Below are positions 38,410 to 52,225 of a stretch of 64,000 nt of DNA, in pieces; within the stretch, counting starts at the first letter, position 1; each line of letters starts with the position of its first letter. The notes under the pieces were generated by a model. That model was not told where the DNA came from, made no database searches, and was given only the letters and a program-made list of their open reading frames with translations. A program made the translations under genes and the position numbers. Origin of the DNA: Octopus sinensis (taxonomy: Eukaryota); NCBI RefSeq assembly GCF_006345805.1, contig NC_043008.1, positions 62,248,001 through 62,312,000 of the forward strand. Reading direction: 5' to 3'.

Positions 38410-39362
38410 ATATATATATTATATATAAATAATAAGGCACTAGAAGAGAATGACTCTCCCAGACACAACAGAATGTGTTGTGTTTGTATTATATATATAT
38501 ATATATATATATATAGATAGATAGATAGATAGATAGATAGAATATAGATATATATGTATATATATATATACATACATATATATATGTGTATGTGTGTGTA
38601 TATACATATATATAGAGAGAGAGAGACACACACACACACATATATATACACACATATGCATTTATATCTAAATTATATATATATATGCATACATAGACAC
38701 ACACACATGTATGTAATATATATACAAATAAACAAGCATATATAGGTATGCATGCATATATATATATGCATGTATACACATACTCACATACATGTACTCA
38801 CACATATGCATGCATTATATATACATATATGTATAAATACAAAACTATATGTATCATTCTATTTCATTCTCTTTATTTCTGCCTCTCTCTTTTACCCTTT
38901 CTCTTTCTCTTTCTCTCTCCCCTTTTCTATCTATCTATTTATCTATCTCTCTCTCTCTCTGTCTTTCTGTCCAAGAATTGTTATTCTGTCTTTTACTTCC
39001 TATCTCTATTGCTAATTCTGTCTCCATCTGCCTCCTATTCCTTTCTCTCTCATGAATCAGTATGGTGGCTGACAGTCTGAGCATTAGACAGGAATTGTCT
39101 GGGATGCCATATAAATCTACATTTATTTATGAATGTGTGAAATAATTCCTCCGTTTCAATAGTTCTTCAGGATTATGATAAACATACGCCACAGGATTAT
39201 GTAACACTACAAGTGGAAAATTTACTGTTCAGTAATATGCTATCAAAACTATTTGGTTGACACAGGCATGGCCGTGTGTTTAAGAAGTTTGCTTTGCAAA
39301 CATGAGATTCAGGGTTCGATCCTATTACCTGGATTCTTAGGTTTTTTTCTTTCAACAAAGCT

Positions 39363-39759
39363 TTAACCCTTTCATTACTGTATTTATTTTGAGATTCTCT
39401 GTATTTCTTTCAATTACTTTAAATATAACAAAGAATTTAGTAAAATAACTTAGTTATCATTCAGCCAGTGTTAGCAACATAAATTGTGTCTAAGGTTTGG
39501 TGGAAGATTTTAATTCAAAACTTATGAAAACAAGACATTTGTACTCAGAGTCAGAGCCAGTTTCAGCTGGATTGGTAAAGAAAGGGTTAAATATAGCAAA
39601 TAATTTAGCAAAATAACTTAGTTATTATTCAGTCTAGTGTTAGGAACATAAAATGTGACTAAAGTTGGATAGAAGATCTTAATTCAAAACTTATGAAAAC
39701 TAGACATTTGTACTCAGAGCCAGAACCGGTTTCAGCTGGGTTGGTATCGAAAGGGTTAA
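39363..39759. mobile_element. TTAA-CCCTT MITE plus a tandem partial second copy
   Basis: ttaaccctttc at 39363; gaaagggttaa at 39580-90 and 39749-59. Confidence 0.8.
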
Positions 39760-40647
39760 ATTACCTAAGATCTTGTCTGTTAAACTGGGGAAATGAAGGC
39801 AGATTACAAGCTCATTGGATGGATTGCAATGGTAATTCAAAGGACCAGTTTTGACACATATGGTGTGTCAAACCTGTTTGGAAATAAGATGAAGTGTACA
39901 AGTGTCTGTTGAATACTCAACCACTCATATTACTATTCAATTTGTAAGCACTTCAATTGATCAAATAATGCAACACTTTCATTATGCAATGCTTTCAAAA
40001 CTAACAGAAATCTTTAGCATAGGCTTCTCCATGTTTACCAGATTAGTAATGAAGGAATCATTGTATTGGCTGACAATGATGTACACAATTGGGTAGGAAT
40101 CAAAAATTACAATAATAACTGACAATGTATCAGTCTTAATAATGAAATATACTATTACTTCAGAGAAGGGTCACTTGAATAATTAGCAATGGACACACAG
40201 CAACCCCCAACATGTTATACCTCTACCCTCTAGGCATACCTAAAGTGGGTCTTTTACCTCACATCATTCGTAGTGCACCCAGCTTCCTTTGCTATACACT
40301 AATTAGTATGGTCAGTAAATTTTCCCCCAAATGTCAACCCACTTGAATATTCTTTTCTGCTCATGTCTTTCCTATAGATGCTGATCAGCAACGAATATTA
40401 ACACCAACAATTTTGTTTGTCTCAGAGGCATTGCAAAGATTACTGACATTATTGCTTCTTCCAGACTCAGTAATTAAAGTTAAAAAAGAAAATCAACTAA
40501 TGAGTTGGCAGAAACGTTAACATGTCAGACAAAAACACTTACCATATTTCTTCCACCTCATTGCATTCTGTGTTCAAATTTCCAACAGTCAAGTATCTAC
40601 CATTTGAAAAAAACCAGAAGCATGATTTCTTTTTCATCCTTCAGGCG

Positions 40648-41080
40648 TAGGAGTGGCTATATGGTAAGTAGATTGTGTATGAACCACATGGTTCCGGGTT
40701 CAGTCCCATTGCATGGCAACTTCTACTATAGCCTCAAGCCGACCAAAGCCTTTTGAGTGGATTTGGTAAACGGAAACTGAAAGAAGCCCATCGTATATAT
40801 GCATATATATTTATGTATGTGTCTGTGTTTGTCCCCCCAACATCGCTTGACTACCGATGCTGGTGTTTTTACATCCCCGTAACTTAGCAGTTCAGCAAAA
40901 GAAACCGATAGAAAAAGTACAAGGCTTACAAAGAATAAGTCATGGGGTCGATTTGCGCTATGAAAGGCAGTGCTCCAGCATGGCTTACAAAGAATAAGTC
41001 CCGGGGTTGATTTTCTCGACTAAAGGTGATGCTCCAGTATGGCCACAGTCAAATGACTGAAACAAGTAAAAGAGTAAAGA
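40648..41080 (+). mobile_element. SINE family A with an internally duplicated 3' segment
   Basis: ggcttacaaagaataagtc...gctccag.atggc occurs twice. Confidence 0.8.
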
Positions 41081-41765
41081 GTATTACAAATTTTAAACAA
41101 GCTGTTTGCATTTTGAATACAGCAGAATGTACTTACAAGGATCATTGAATTATCTTTGTTAAACAAGATAATGACTACCCCAGTTCATTTTATTAAGAGA
41201 TCAATCATTATAATAATCCAAAGGTAATGCAACAAATTCTGTATTTAATACTGTGAATATTTGTAAAGCAGGAAGTTGGCAGGAATTGTTAGTACACCAG
41301 GTAAAATGCTTCATGGCATTTTGTCCAATTTCAGGTCGATCTTACCTTTTATCCTTTTGGGGTTGCTAAGATAAGTACAAGTGGAGTACTGGGGTTGATT
41401 TAATTGACTTAGCCTCTTCTACAAATCTGCTGATCTTATGCCAAAATTTGAAGCCAATATTGTAAATAGTTGCATTAAAGCAGTTTTATCATAGGACAAC
41501 AGGAGGAGATGCATGCACACTTAAACTCAAATTCCCTCTCAAAAATAACTCTTTTGCTCATTTTTGGTATCTATCTATATTTCTGTCGATTCCTCAGTCT
41601 TTCTGCATTTTTCTTCTAAATTCCTGACTATTCTCTCAATACCCATCTCTTTGTTATTGCTTTACTCTTCTACAAATCTATATGCATTTATCTTCTTCCC
41701 ACCCTATATTTATCTATTTGCCTATCCATCAATTTATCTTTTTATCCATCCATCCATACATCCAC

Positions 41766-41822
<57 letters not shown>

Positions 41823-42692
41823 CCTCTATCTATCTTTCCATCCATCCATCCATCCTTCCATCTTTCCTATTCTAAGCACAAGGACCGATATTTTTGGGGA
41901 AGGGGGCCAGTCAATTAGATCGACCCCAGTACGCAACTGGAACTTGATTTATTGTCCCAAGAAAGGATGAAAGGCAAAGCTGACCATGGTGGAATTTGAA
42001 ATCAGAACGTAAAGACAGACAAAATACCACTAAGCATTTCACCTGGTGTGCTGATATTTCTGCTAGCTTGCTGCCTCCTTCCATCTATCAATCTATCTAT
42101 CCATCCATCCACCCATCCTTCCACCCCTCTACCCCTCCACCCATCTATCTATCTATCTATCTATTTACATGTCTGTCTATAATTCTTTCTTCCTTCCTTT
42201 CACTCACCTAAGCGGTTTCTTCAAATCTTCCTCTTCTTTACTCTCTCACTCTTTATCTTCAGTCAATATCACTCTTTCTTTTTCTGTAACATTCTCTACT
42301 ACGTTATCCCTCTCACACTTCCTCCTAAATCTACCCCATTCTCACTCTCTCCTTCCCTCTTCCCCCCTCTCTCTTTCGTATCCTTCCAGTTCTTACATAG
42401 TTACTTTTCAACAATGTAATGTATAGAAGTGCAAGAACACAGAAAAAAGTGTTTTTAAAAGGTAAAAATTAACGAAAAAAAAAAAACTCAAGACAGTTCA
42501 GGTAAAGTAATAAATAAACAAATATAGAATAAAAGTAAATAAATAAACAGGTGATATATGTTTTTGTCTGAGTGAGTGTGTGTGTGTATTGCATGTGTGT
42601 GTGTGTGTGTGTGTGTGTGCATATATATATATATATGTATGTATATATGCACACATATATATATATATACACATATATGTATATCTACATGC

Positions 42693-42752
<60 letters not shown>

Positions 42753-43449
42753 GTATATGTATATGTATGTATGCACACACAAATATATAGGTTTACAGAC
42801 ATGTGTGTATGAGAATGAGAATATATACGTGGTGTGTGTGTGTGTATGCTTGTGTGTGTGTGTTTGTGCAAATCCACTATTTTGCTGAAGATTTGGGAAA
42901 ACAGAAGTTAAGAAAGTGAATGAAGGCATATGTAAATTTAATAAAGTGAAAAAAAAAAAACATACTAAATAAACAAAAAAAAAAACGAACACACCAGAAG
43001 ACAAATAATGCGAAGATACTCTCAAAACTTGTAGAACTGAAGAAACCAAATTAAACAACTGCCACAACAGCAACAGCAACAACAACAACAAAAATGAATG
43101 AAATTATTCAAAATAAACAATGAAAACATCAAAACAAATTGTATGCAAGAAACGAAATAAATTTTGGACGGAAGCAAGGAATACCCACTACCAAAAATTG
43201 GTATATAACCATTTTAAATTGCTCATTATATACACACCTATCGTAGGTGGGTTTAGACTAATGCGATCAGCTGAATTTCAAGCATTTGTCCACAATTTAT
43301 TTTGCAGTAACTCAGAAATTACATTTGTCCAGGCAACTGTAACTCTCAAAGGCATTTAGATAGCTATAGATTCAAATTTATTAACACACACATATATATG
43401 TATGTTTGTGTATTTATAGAATATATATTTGCGTGAGCATGTGTATTTG

Positions 43450-43480
<31 letters not shown>

Positions 43481-43483
43481 ATC

Positions 43484-43518
<35 letters not shown>

Positions 43519-43554
43519 ATATATGTATAATATATTATATATATATATATATAT

Positions 43555-43930
43555 AGGGAGAATTTACGAAAAAACAAAAGACGAAGACAGGTGGTGTAGA
43601 AGACAACCAGATGTATTAGTATAACGCTCGGGAATTTAAAAAGTCGTTAACGTTTCGAGCCTACGCTCTTCCGCAGAAAGGAACACAGAAAGAAACGGGG
43701 AGAGAAAAAAGGAGAGAAACATGTATGTACCCACATGTGGATGGTTGGCGATTTATTTCCTCCATCTTCCTTTTCTCTTCGACTTTCCTCCGTTTCCTGT
43801 TTCTGAAGAAGAGCTTTGCTCGAAGCGTAAAAACTACCTTTCTTTCTCTCCCTGAGCGTCTTTGCAGGTACCACATCCTCATGTTGTTGTTTTTTTCTTG
43901 TGTTTGTTCTTCGTGTTTGGATTTACTATA
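43555..43930. mobile_element. Element in (TA)n with two divergently oriented hammerhead-like motifs (Penelope pLTR-like)
   Basis: Minus 43647-43680 CTGCGGA-A-GAGC-gtag-GCTC-GAAACGTT; plus 43798-43833 CTGAAGA-A-GAGC-ttt-GCTC-GAAGCGTA. Confidence 0.6.
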
Positions 43931-44614
43931 TATAGATATATATATATATATTATATATATATATATATATGGGCACAGGCATCGCTGTGTAGTAAGAAGC
44001 TTGCTTCCTACCCACATGGCTCAAGGTTCAATCCCATTGCATGGCACCTTGGACAAGTGTCTTTTACTATAACATCGAATTAACCAAAGACTTTTGAGTG
44101 GATTTAGTAGACAGAAACTGAAAAAAAGTCCATCGTATATATCAAGATTTATATATGTATGTATATATTTATGTGTGTGTCTTAGTGTCTGTTTGACTCC
44201 ACCACAATCGCTTGATAACTAGAGTTGGTGTGTTTACGTGCCTGTAACTTAGTTGTTTAGCAATGGAGACTGATAGAATAAGTACCAGGCTTTCAAACAA
44301 TAAGTCGTGGGGTTTATTTTAAATAGCTTCAGCCCACTCACCAGGTAAAACTTAGTAGAACCTGTATTTCAAACGGCCAGCCTTGTCACACTACGTGACA
44401 CACTGAATCTGCTTGAGAACTACTTAAAGGGTACGCATGTCCCTGGAGAGCTCAGCCATTGGTACATTAATTTCCTGAGCAGGCAGTTCTGTTGATTGGA
44501 TCAACTGGGATGCATCTCATCACAGCCGATGGAGTGTCAATTGTTAACTACATTGATATCTTCAGTTATCATCATATGTACAGATGTGTGCCTCCGACAT
44601 TTGTTTCGTTATAA

Positions 44615-45022
44615 CTCTTTTACTTGTTTCAATCATCTGACTGCGGCCATGCTGGAGTACCACCTTTAGTCGAGCAAATCGACCCCGGGACTTATTCTTT
44701 GTAAGCCCAGTACTTATTCTATCGGTCTCTTTTGCCGAACCGCTAAGTTACGGGGACGTAAACACACCAGCATCGGTTGTCAAGCAATGCTAGGGGGACA
44801 AACACAGACACACAAACATATACACACACATACACACACACACATTTATATATATACATTAATACGACAGGCTTCTTTCAGTTTCAGTCTACCAAATCCA
44901 CTCACAAGGCATTGGTCGGCCCGGGGCTATAGCAGAAGACACTTGCCCAAGATGCCACGCAGTGGGGACTGAACCCGGAACCATGTGGTTGGTAAGCAAG
45001 CTACTTACCACACAGCCACTCC
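44615..45022 (-). mobile_element. SINE family A, young full-length copy
   Basis: Reverse complement of the consensus; a second diverged copy follows at 45100-45495. Confidence 0.9.
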
Positions 45023-46449
45023 TATGAATATTTTTTCATAGGGTTTCCAAAAATACGTTTCTGAGTAAATTACGATTATCTTTTCTCTTCTTTTACTTTC
45101 ACTTGTTCCAGTCATTTGACAGCGGCCATGCTGGGGCACCGCCTTCGAGAATTTTTAGTTGAATTAATAGAGCCCAGTATTTATTTATTTTCTTTTTAAG
45201 CCTGGTTCTTTTTCTATCGGTCTCTTTTGCTGAACCAGCACTGGTTATCAAGTGGTGATGAGGGACAAACCCTGACACAACACACACACATACACACACA
45301 CACAAACACGCACTTGCACACACACACAAAATATATATACGATGGGCTTCTTTCAGTTTCCATCAACCAAATCCACTCACAAGGCTTTGATTGGCCAGAG
45401 GATGTGTAGTAGAAGACACTTGCTTAAGGTGCCATGCAGTGAAATTGAACCTGAAATTATGTGGTTGGGAAGCAAACTTCTTATCACACAGCCTCGTCTG
45501 TGCCTGTATATTTAAATTTGGTGTGGAAAAAAAAATGATGGTAGTGGAAGATAACTCATTCACCTCGTCAGAACGTATGAGGATGCAATGTCGAAGTCTG
45601 TGAATTATTCAATCACAACCCTTTCTTTTTTTCGTGTCAAATTCCAACATAATCGTAATCTACCTCCTCTGAAATATATTTGTAGAGAATTTTATTAAAA
45701 GATTTCAATTTTCCAGAAAGTTAAGAGATGAAAAATAACAGTGCGTGAATTATATTAAATTCTTCTCCATCCGTCTGAAAACGTTTTCACAATAAATTCC
45801 GATATAACACTAATATATACCATCTAAAATGTATTTCTGGAAAATTTCATGAAATTATAAAGAAAGAAAGCTGGTTGCGGGGGCACATATCTGTAGTTAT
45901 GCCTATTTTTTTTTTAGTACGACTGACGTAAGTAAATAAAAAATACTTGTTCAGCTTTCTGTTTCTCCAACAATACGAAAGAACTATGAAAAGATAATGG
46001 AATCAACATAATGTAGCTGACGCCTGATTAAACTTATAATTTGCAAAACGTTTTTACTGATATATTTGTAAAAATGAGCGTCAGGAAGTGTATGGGAGAA
46101 AGAAAAGAGAAAGAACTACCTAGTAGACGGTCAATGAGGATTACTTTTCTGTTGAAACTTTCGATAATAAAACATTTTAAACCACATTTTGATAATAAAA
46201 AAATTGAACTTAGAATTTTTAACTAATTTTCTAGACAGCGTAGACTTTAATAATTGCTTCCTTTTAGCAAATGTTACATACTCCCAACTAATTAATAAGC
46301 ACTTTTTTCATTTTAGTATACACTCAGGTGTTAGACATGAACTACTTCGTGTTTTAAATTTGGATAACGTGAACTTGGACGGGCTTATTTAGCCTCCTGT
46401 TCGAATGATACTTTTTAAAAAAATAATTTGTCAATCTCTATACCTATTT

Positions 46450-46670
46450 CTTTACTACCCACATAGGGCTAAAAGCAGAGAGGACAAACAAGGACAGACA
46501 AAGGGATTAAGTCGATTACATCGACTCCAGTGTATAACTGGTACTTAATTTATCGACCCAGAAAGGATAAAAGTCTACCTCGGCAGAATTTGAACTCAGA
46601 ACGTAACGGCAGACGAAATACCGCTAAGAATTTTGACCGGCGTGCTAACGTTTCTGCCAGCTCGCCACCT
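46450..46670 (-). mobile_element. SINE family B
   Basis: Reverse complement of the consensus, ending aaagaaataggtat. Confidence 0.85.
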
Positions 46671-47548
46671 TCATCTCTATACATAACACATGTCGGTACC
46701 GTCATAGTTTCTAACTATCTGGCCCTTTTTGTAACGAGCGCTATTAAGCTGACAAGAGAGCTGCTGGTAAGCATAGTATCATTAGCATTCCGGCTGTATT
46801 CCAGTATATGCTTGTAGCATCCAATGCATTGATGTTTCAGACTACTGCATTTTTTCTGCGTATCTAGTTTGGCACTTCAGTAAATTGAGTCATCGGTGGA
46901 ACGCCCAATAAAGCTACTTTGTTGTTTGTTAGAATTTTTCCAATCAATAACGAAATTTAATACTCTTAATATAATAAACAAAAATATATCCTAATATAGA
47001 AACAAACTCCAAACATCAAGAGCAGAAAATAAATAGCAAAAATGTAAAATTACAAATACATACATACATAAACACACACACACACACATACACATATTGA
47101 TCATATGATATTTTATATTTGACTAATTTATTGATTGGTTTTAAGAAACTTTACCAGTGAAGATATTGATAAATTACTTTTATTGTTTGTTATGGTGAGG
47201 GACTATTATTATGTAAAAGTTCCAAAGTGCCAGAGTTCAACATCTTTTGACAATCAACTAAACACATATTGGGCAGATGAGATAACATAGACAAAATATT
47301 TTTTTTCTTATTTTTCATCTGTGACATATTTACAGTTGCACATTGTACACACACACACATTACATATATGCTATTTATATATTATATATATAAATATATG
47401 TGTTTATATTACATGTACACTATTCATATATACCTTATATATATACATATAATAAGTTCAGCAAAATTTAGATTCAGATGAATGTGGTACTTAAGTCAAA
47501 TGCACCAGAATTTTGTATGGTATTATCCATATAAATCCATGGGGTGAT

Positions 47549-47682
47549 TATAATCAAAATAAGCAACAAGTATATCCGAGGTAATGTGGTACGATAATAC
47601 TTACAGTGTTTAATAAAATGAAGTAGCATGAAACGATCGTACCACATTACCTCGGTTATACTTGTTGCTTATTTTGATTATA
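47549..47682. mobile_element. 134-bp hairpin MITE (47-bp arms, 40-nt loop, TA ends)
   Basis: tataatcaaaataagcaacaagtatatccgaggtaatgtggtacgat and its reverse complement with 1 mismatch. Confidence 0.85.
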
Positions 47683-48114
47683 TATATATATCTGACTGAC
47701 ATACTATTTACATACACCTAATATGCATAAACTTTTCTTGAGCCCTGGGACTCTAAGGTCAGTTATTCGCTTTCTAGGATGTTTGAAAGACCATGTTCAC
47801 AACATTATCTTGAACGTGATGCCGGCTCATATGAATAGTTCAAGGCCAGCGATTTTGAACAGAGTGAGGGTCAATTGGATTACATCGATGCTAATATTTC
47901 ATTGCTACTTTATTTTATTGTCCTTGATGGGGAAAAAGCGAATTTGACCTTGGTGGTATTCGAACACAGAACATAAAGAACCAAAAGAAGCTCCACAAAG
48001 CATCTTACCCTGTGTTGTAATGATTCTGCCTGCTCACATTATTCTTCACACATGTGAAGATGTTGTCCATATCCGCGAGTAGATGAACATATTAAATATG
48101 ACTATACACATCTC

Positions 48115-48515
48115 TTTTACTCTTTTACTTGTTTCAGTCATTTGACTGTGGCCATGCTGGAGTACTACCTTGGAGGGTTTTAGTCGAACAAATCAACTCC
48201 AGGACTTATTCTTTGGAAGCCTAGTACTTATTCTATCGGTCTCTTTTGCCGAGCCGCTAGGTGACGGGGACATAAACACACCAGCATCAGTTGTCAAGTG
48301 ATGTTGGGGGGGACAAACACAGACACACAAACATATTCACATACATATATAAACATATATACGACGGGCTTCTTTCACTTTCCATCTACCAAATCCACTC
48401 ACAAGGTTTTGGTTGGCCTGAGGCTATAGTAGAAGACACTTGCCCAAGGTGCCCCGCAGTAGGACTGAACCCGGAACCATGTGGTTTGTAAGCAAGCTAC
48501 TTACCACACAGCCAC
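48115..48515 (-). mobile_element. SINE family A
   Basis: Reverse complement of the consensus. Confidence 0.85.
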
Positions 48516-49087
48516 TTCCACGCCTGTCTATTTGCTTTCACAGGAGAAAACTCGCCCTAGACAATGTGTATGAAAATGCAGAACACTACGAATACAAATA
48601 ACTAAGGTCGAATCTTAGGATGTGTGCATATCTGAGTTCTTGCACTTCGTCACCTATGAATATCGAATCCATCATATAGAACACTATAAGAACGATAGTC
48701 TTTATATATAAGAACAGCAAGTAAATTACTTGCTGATGTGCGTAAGACATGACCAAGTTTGAATGATTAAACTACAGTCATACGAATAAGAATCGAATAG
48801 AATATACGCGTGTCCAGTTATATTTAATATTTTTGTCTATACTCGGACGCAGGAGATATTATTGAGATATTTTTGCTTACCTCCTACGATACGATGATGA
48901 CATTCAAGATCAATGTGTTTACATACATTTTTCTCTTTTCTCAGAATACTTTAGCAGTGAAAAGTCTGAGTGTACATGAGTGTGTTACACATGATTGTAG
49001 AAGCATATATTTTATTCAACTGTTTTGTGTGACTCTAGTTTATATGTGTGTGTATGCACACACACATACGCGCGCGCACGCACACAC

Positions 49088-49119
<32 letters not shown>

Positions 49120-49589
49120 CACACACACACACATATATGTATATAATATAGATTCAGTTGAACTAGGTACTTAATTTGAGGCACCAAGTCAGTCCGGTAT
49201 GGTCCGTGCAGCACGAAGATTGGTGAATAAAAAGCAGATAAGTAACAAAGATGTCCAGGTATCAGTGCATTACGGCCGTTTCAAGCGGCTCCTTTTAATC
49301 GATCAATGAAAACATTACATCATACGTGTCGACGTATGTCGTACATGTGTAAAGTTTTCTGCTTAATACCTTGACTTTAGGCCATTGTATTAAAATTGAT
49401 TATCGTGTTAAATTTACTGTTGTTTACATTTAGTCGTGACTTATAAGCCAATAACACGTCATGATATTGAATGTCCAATATTCGATATTCCATGTGATCT
49501 TAGCGAGCGAGTTTTGTCAACTTACAAGGACGTACGAAAATGTGTTTTATTTGAACGAGAAAAAGAAAAGAATGTAGTTAAGATCCTTC

Positions 49590-50920
49590 AATTAAACAAG
49601 TTATCAAGATTGTAGCAGAAAAGATAACTCTTCTTTGGCAAAAGGTATCTATTCCTTGTATTACAACTGAGTCAGTTATACCGAAAATCTTAAACTTTTA
49701 TCTAAAGTACCAAGCAGTACTAAAACCTACGAAAGCGAGAAAAAATATGCGATCGTTTCAAACTAAGTGTAATGTATTTAAAAACAATGCAAAAAAGATT
49801 TATTTGACGTTTCCTGTTGCAAGTGCAACTCCTTTAAAAATTGCAGTTGTAGTAGAGACAAAAAAAAGTACCACAGAGTGAGCAAGATGTTTTTACAGGA
49901 TCAATGGACAAAACGATCATTGGTGGAATAGATCAAGCAGTACCTAAACAGAACGTTCAGATGGTGTTATCGTTTTCCAAAACAACAAAACTGTTCCATT
50001 CTTTATTTGAGAGTGAGATGCCAATTCCTGTCTATGAAAAAAGTTAATTGGCTTTATAACTGGAACGAAAAGGAATGCCCTACAACGATTCGTATTATTT
50101 AGTTACATGGACTTATTTCGAATAAATTGGAAATGGTAATTATTTTCTATCACCGAAATGTGTTAAGATACAAAAATTGATTTACACGTAATTTTATTTT
50201 AATGTGTGTGTAATAGGCGCAGGAGTGGCAGTGTGGTAAGTAGCTTGCTTACCAACCACATGGTTCCGGGTTCAGTCTCACTGCGTGGCATCTTGGGCAA
50301 GTGTCTTCTGCTATAGCCTCGGGCCAACCAATGCCTTGTGAGTGGATTTGGTAGACGGAAACTGAAAGAAGCCTGTCGTATATATGTATATATATGTATG
50401 TGTGTGTGTTTGTCCCCCTAGCATTGCTTGACAACCGATGCTGGTGTGTTTTCATCCCCGTCACTTAGTGGTTCGGCAAGGGAGACTGATAGAATAAGTA
50501 CTGGGCTTACAAAGAATAAGTCCCGGAGTCAATTTGCTCGACTAAAGGCAGTGCTCCAGCATGGCCGCAGTCAAATGACTGAAACAAGTAAAAGAGTAAA
50601 AGAGAGAGAGTAATCTAGACCTCGTATAATACATATATTCGGTGACCTAGTATTAAAAACAAAGTCGAAAAGTCTATTTATTTCACATAATTTCGAAATT
50701 TTAAGTGTATTGCGGAGTCTGAAGATATAAATTTTAGAGCTTGATATTTTAACACTCTTATAATTAAAAAGGTTTACAATAGCAAATTCATTCGTAATAA
50801 TAAATATAAAAAATTAAATGAAGAACGGCAAACGTACTCTAAATTGATTTTTCAAAATTTCAAGTGGGCTACGAAACCTGAGATGTAAATTTAAGAACTT
50901 CACATTTTCGCTCTACCCTA
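49590..50920 (+). pseudogene. Deleted, frameshifted hAT-superfamily (hATm-type) transposase relic with right TIR
   Basis: KITLLWQKVSIPC and LFDVSCCKCNSFKNCSCSRDKKVP...QDQ...GGID; ends ...cgctctacccta (TAGGGT-type TIR); family assignment is from recalled motifs. Confidence 0.55.
50220..50610 (+). mobile_element. SINE family A nested in the transposon relic
   Basis: Matches the consensus. Confidence 0.9.
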
Positions 50921-50931
50921 ATATACATACA

Positions 50932-50962
<31 letters not shown>

Positions 50963-50995
50963 GTATATGTATATATATATCTGTATATATATATG

Positions 50996-51050
<55 letters not shown>

Positions 51051-51063
51051 ACATGTATGTATA

Positions 51064-52130
51064 CAGCCAGTAGAGATATGTTTGTCCAGTACAATTCAGC
51101 ACATCCACTCGGTGCCAAAATAGGATACGCCAGAAATGAACTTGCACGCATCCAGGGTAGGTGCAGAAGAACGGAGGACAAGGTAACCCACACTACACGC
51201 TTCCTAGATATACTGAAAACCAACGTGTACCCTAGATCCATTGTAAATCGGATTAAGTACCCAAGACGATCAACACGCCAAACACATAGAAAATCCAGCA
51301 ACACATGCTTCCTTAAAATACCCCATTTTAGCGAGAGAATAACTACATCCATCCGAAAAGCCATAAGAAGAAAAGGGCCTGACATACAACTAGCCCACCC
51401 GGTCCCCTCTCTGAGAGGACACCTCACTAAGAAACGAACAAGGGACAACAATCAATGTACATTAACAAACTGTCCCATCCATGACACAGATTTATGCCAA
51501 CGGGTAAATGTTGTGTATAGAATACACTGTAACAAATGCAACAAGTTATATGTGGGTAGCACAACAAGACCGTTACACGTCCGCAACAAAGAACATCTGA
51601 ACACGAGAGATACCGGAACACCGACAAAAGCATAACAGTCGCAATTGAGGCCAATGAAAGAAATCTGGGTAATTTAAGAATTAAGGAAGCTATACTCATA
51701 CACAGGCTAGGGCTCCAAATTAACAACAGGCTGGTGGTTGGTAATCAATACATTATTTAGATACATCTGGAAGCGTGTAGGTTCATTTTTGATAATATGC
51801 TCATCTGTAGTTTATAACAAAAAAAAAGAGGAAACAAAAGAAGGGTAAAAAGGAAGCGGTACGTATAATATGTAACTTAGAAGCAGCGCTACAGATGTAC
51901 CAGCAACAAACGAGATTGAGACATGGCCGACCTCACACACTTCTCTTGGGGAATTCTGGAAGGACCATCGTGAGACCACTGCTGAGACGCTTCTAAAAAA
52001 TAAAAACGAAAAGCTGTTAGAAAACCGATTATAGCAGCGACTCCATCTAAGAATATCTGAAGAAGGAATATTATACCGAAATATCATATCAGACTACGGG
52101 TGACTAAATTACAACACCTATATAGCCCAT
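51064..52130 (+). mobile_element. 5'-truncated Penelope-like element: RT thumb plus GIY-YIG endonuclease (frameshifted) and 3' repeat region
   Basis: ORF 50961..51635 has SAHP..K.G and NVVYRIHCNKCNKLYVGSTTRPLHVRNKEH; the shifted frame continues LRIKEAILIHRLGLQINNR. Confidence 0.85.
52053..52089 (+). ncRNA. Minimal hammerhead ribozyme motif of the Penelope-like element
   Basis: ATAT-CTGAAGA-A-GG-aatattata-CC-GAAA-TATC-ATAT; intact core, palindromic ATAT stem III, AUC triplet. Confidence 0.65.
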
Positions 52131-52187
52131 TGCCTGTATTATAGTACATTATTGTACCATTCAAAACTTTTTATTCTTTATACATAC

Positions 52188-52225
<38 letters not shown>

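Noticed and set aside
43245-43345. Exon-like minus-strand frames broken by a single TGA (here and ~7715-7810), suggesting selenocysteine or readthrough
   Set aside because: Single-stop frames of ~30 codons are expected by chance; no SECIS or homology evidence
45540-46450. CpG-retaining unique-looking block (also 48520-49050) as a possible DNA transposon
   Set aside because: No TIRs, TSD or translatable motif could be identified; left unannotated
46690-46960. Minus-strand KHQCIGCYKHI reading resembling a piggyBac Cys-rich tail
   Set aside because: Only one CxxC-like motif, with stops and no other transposase motifs or TIRs
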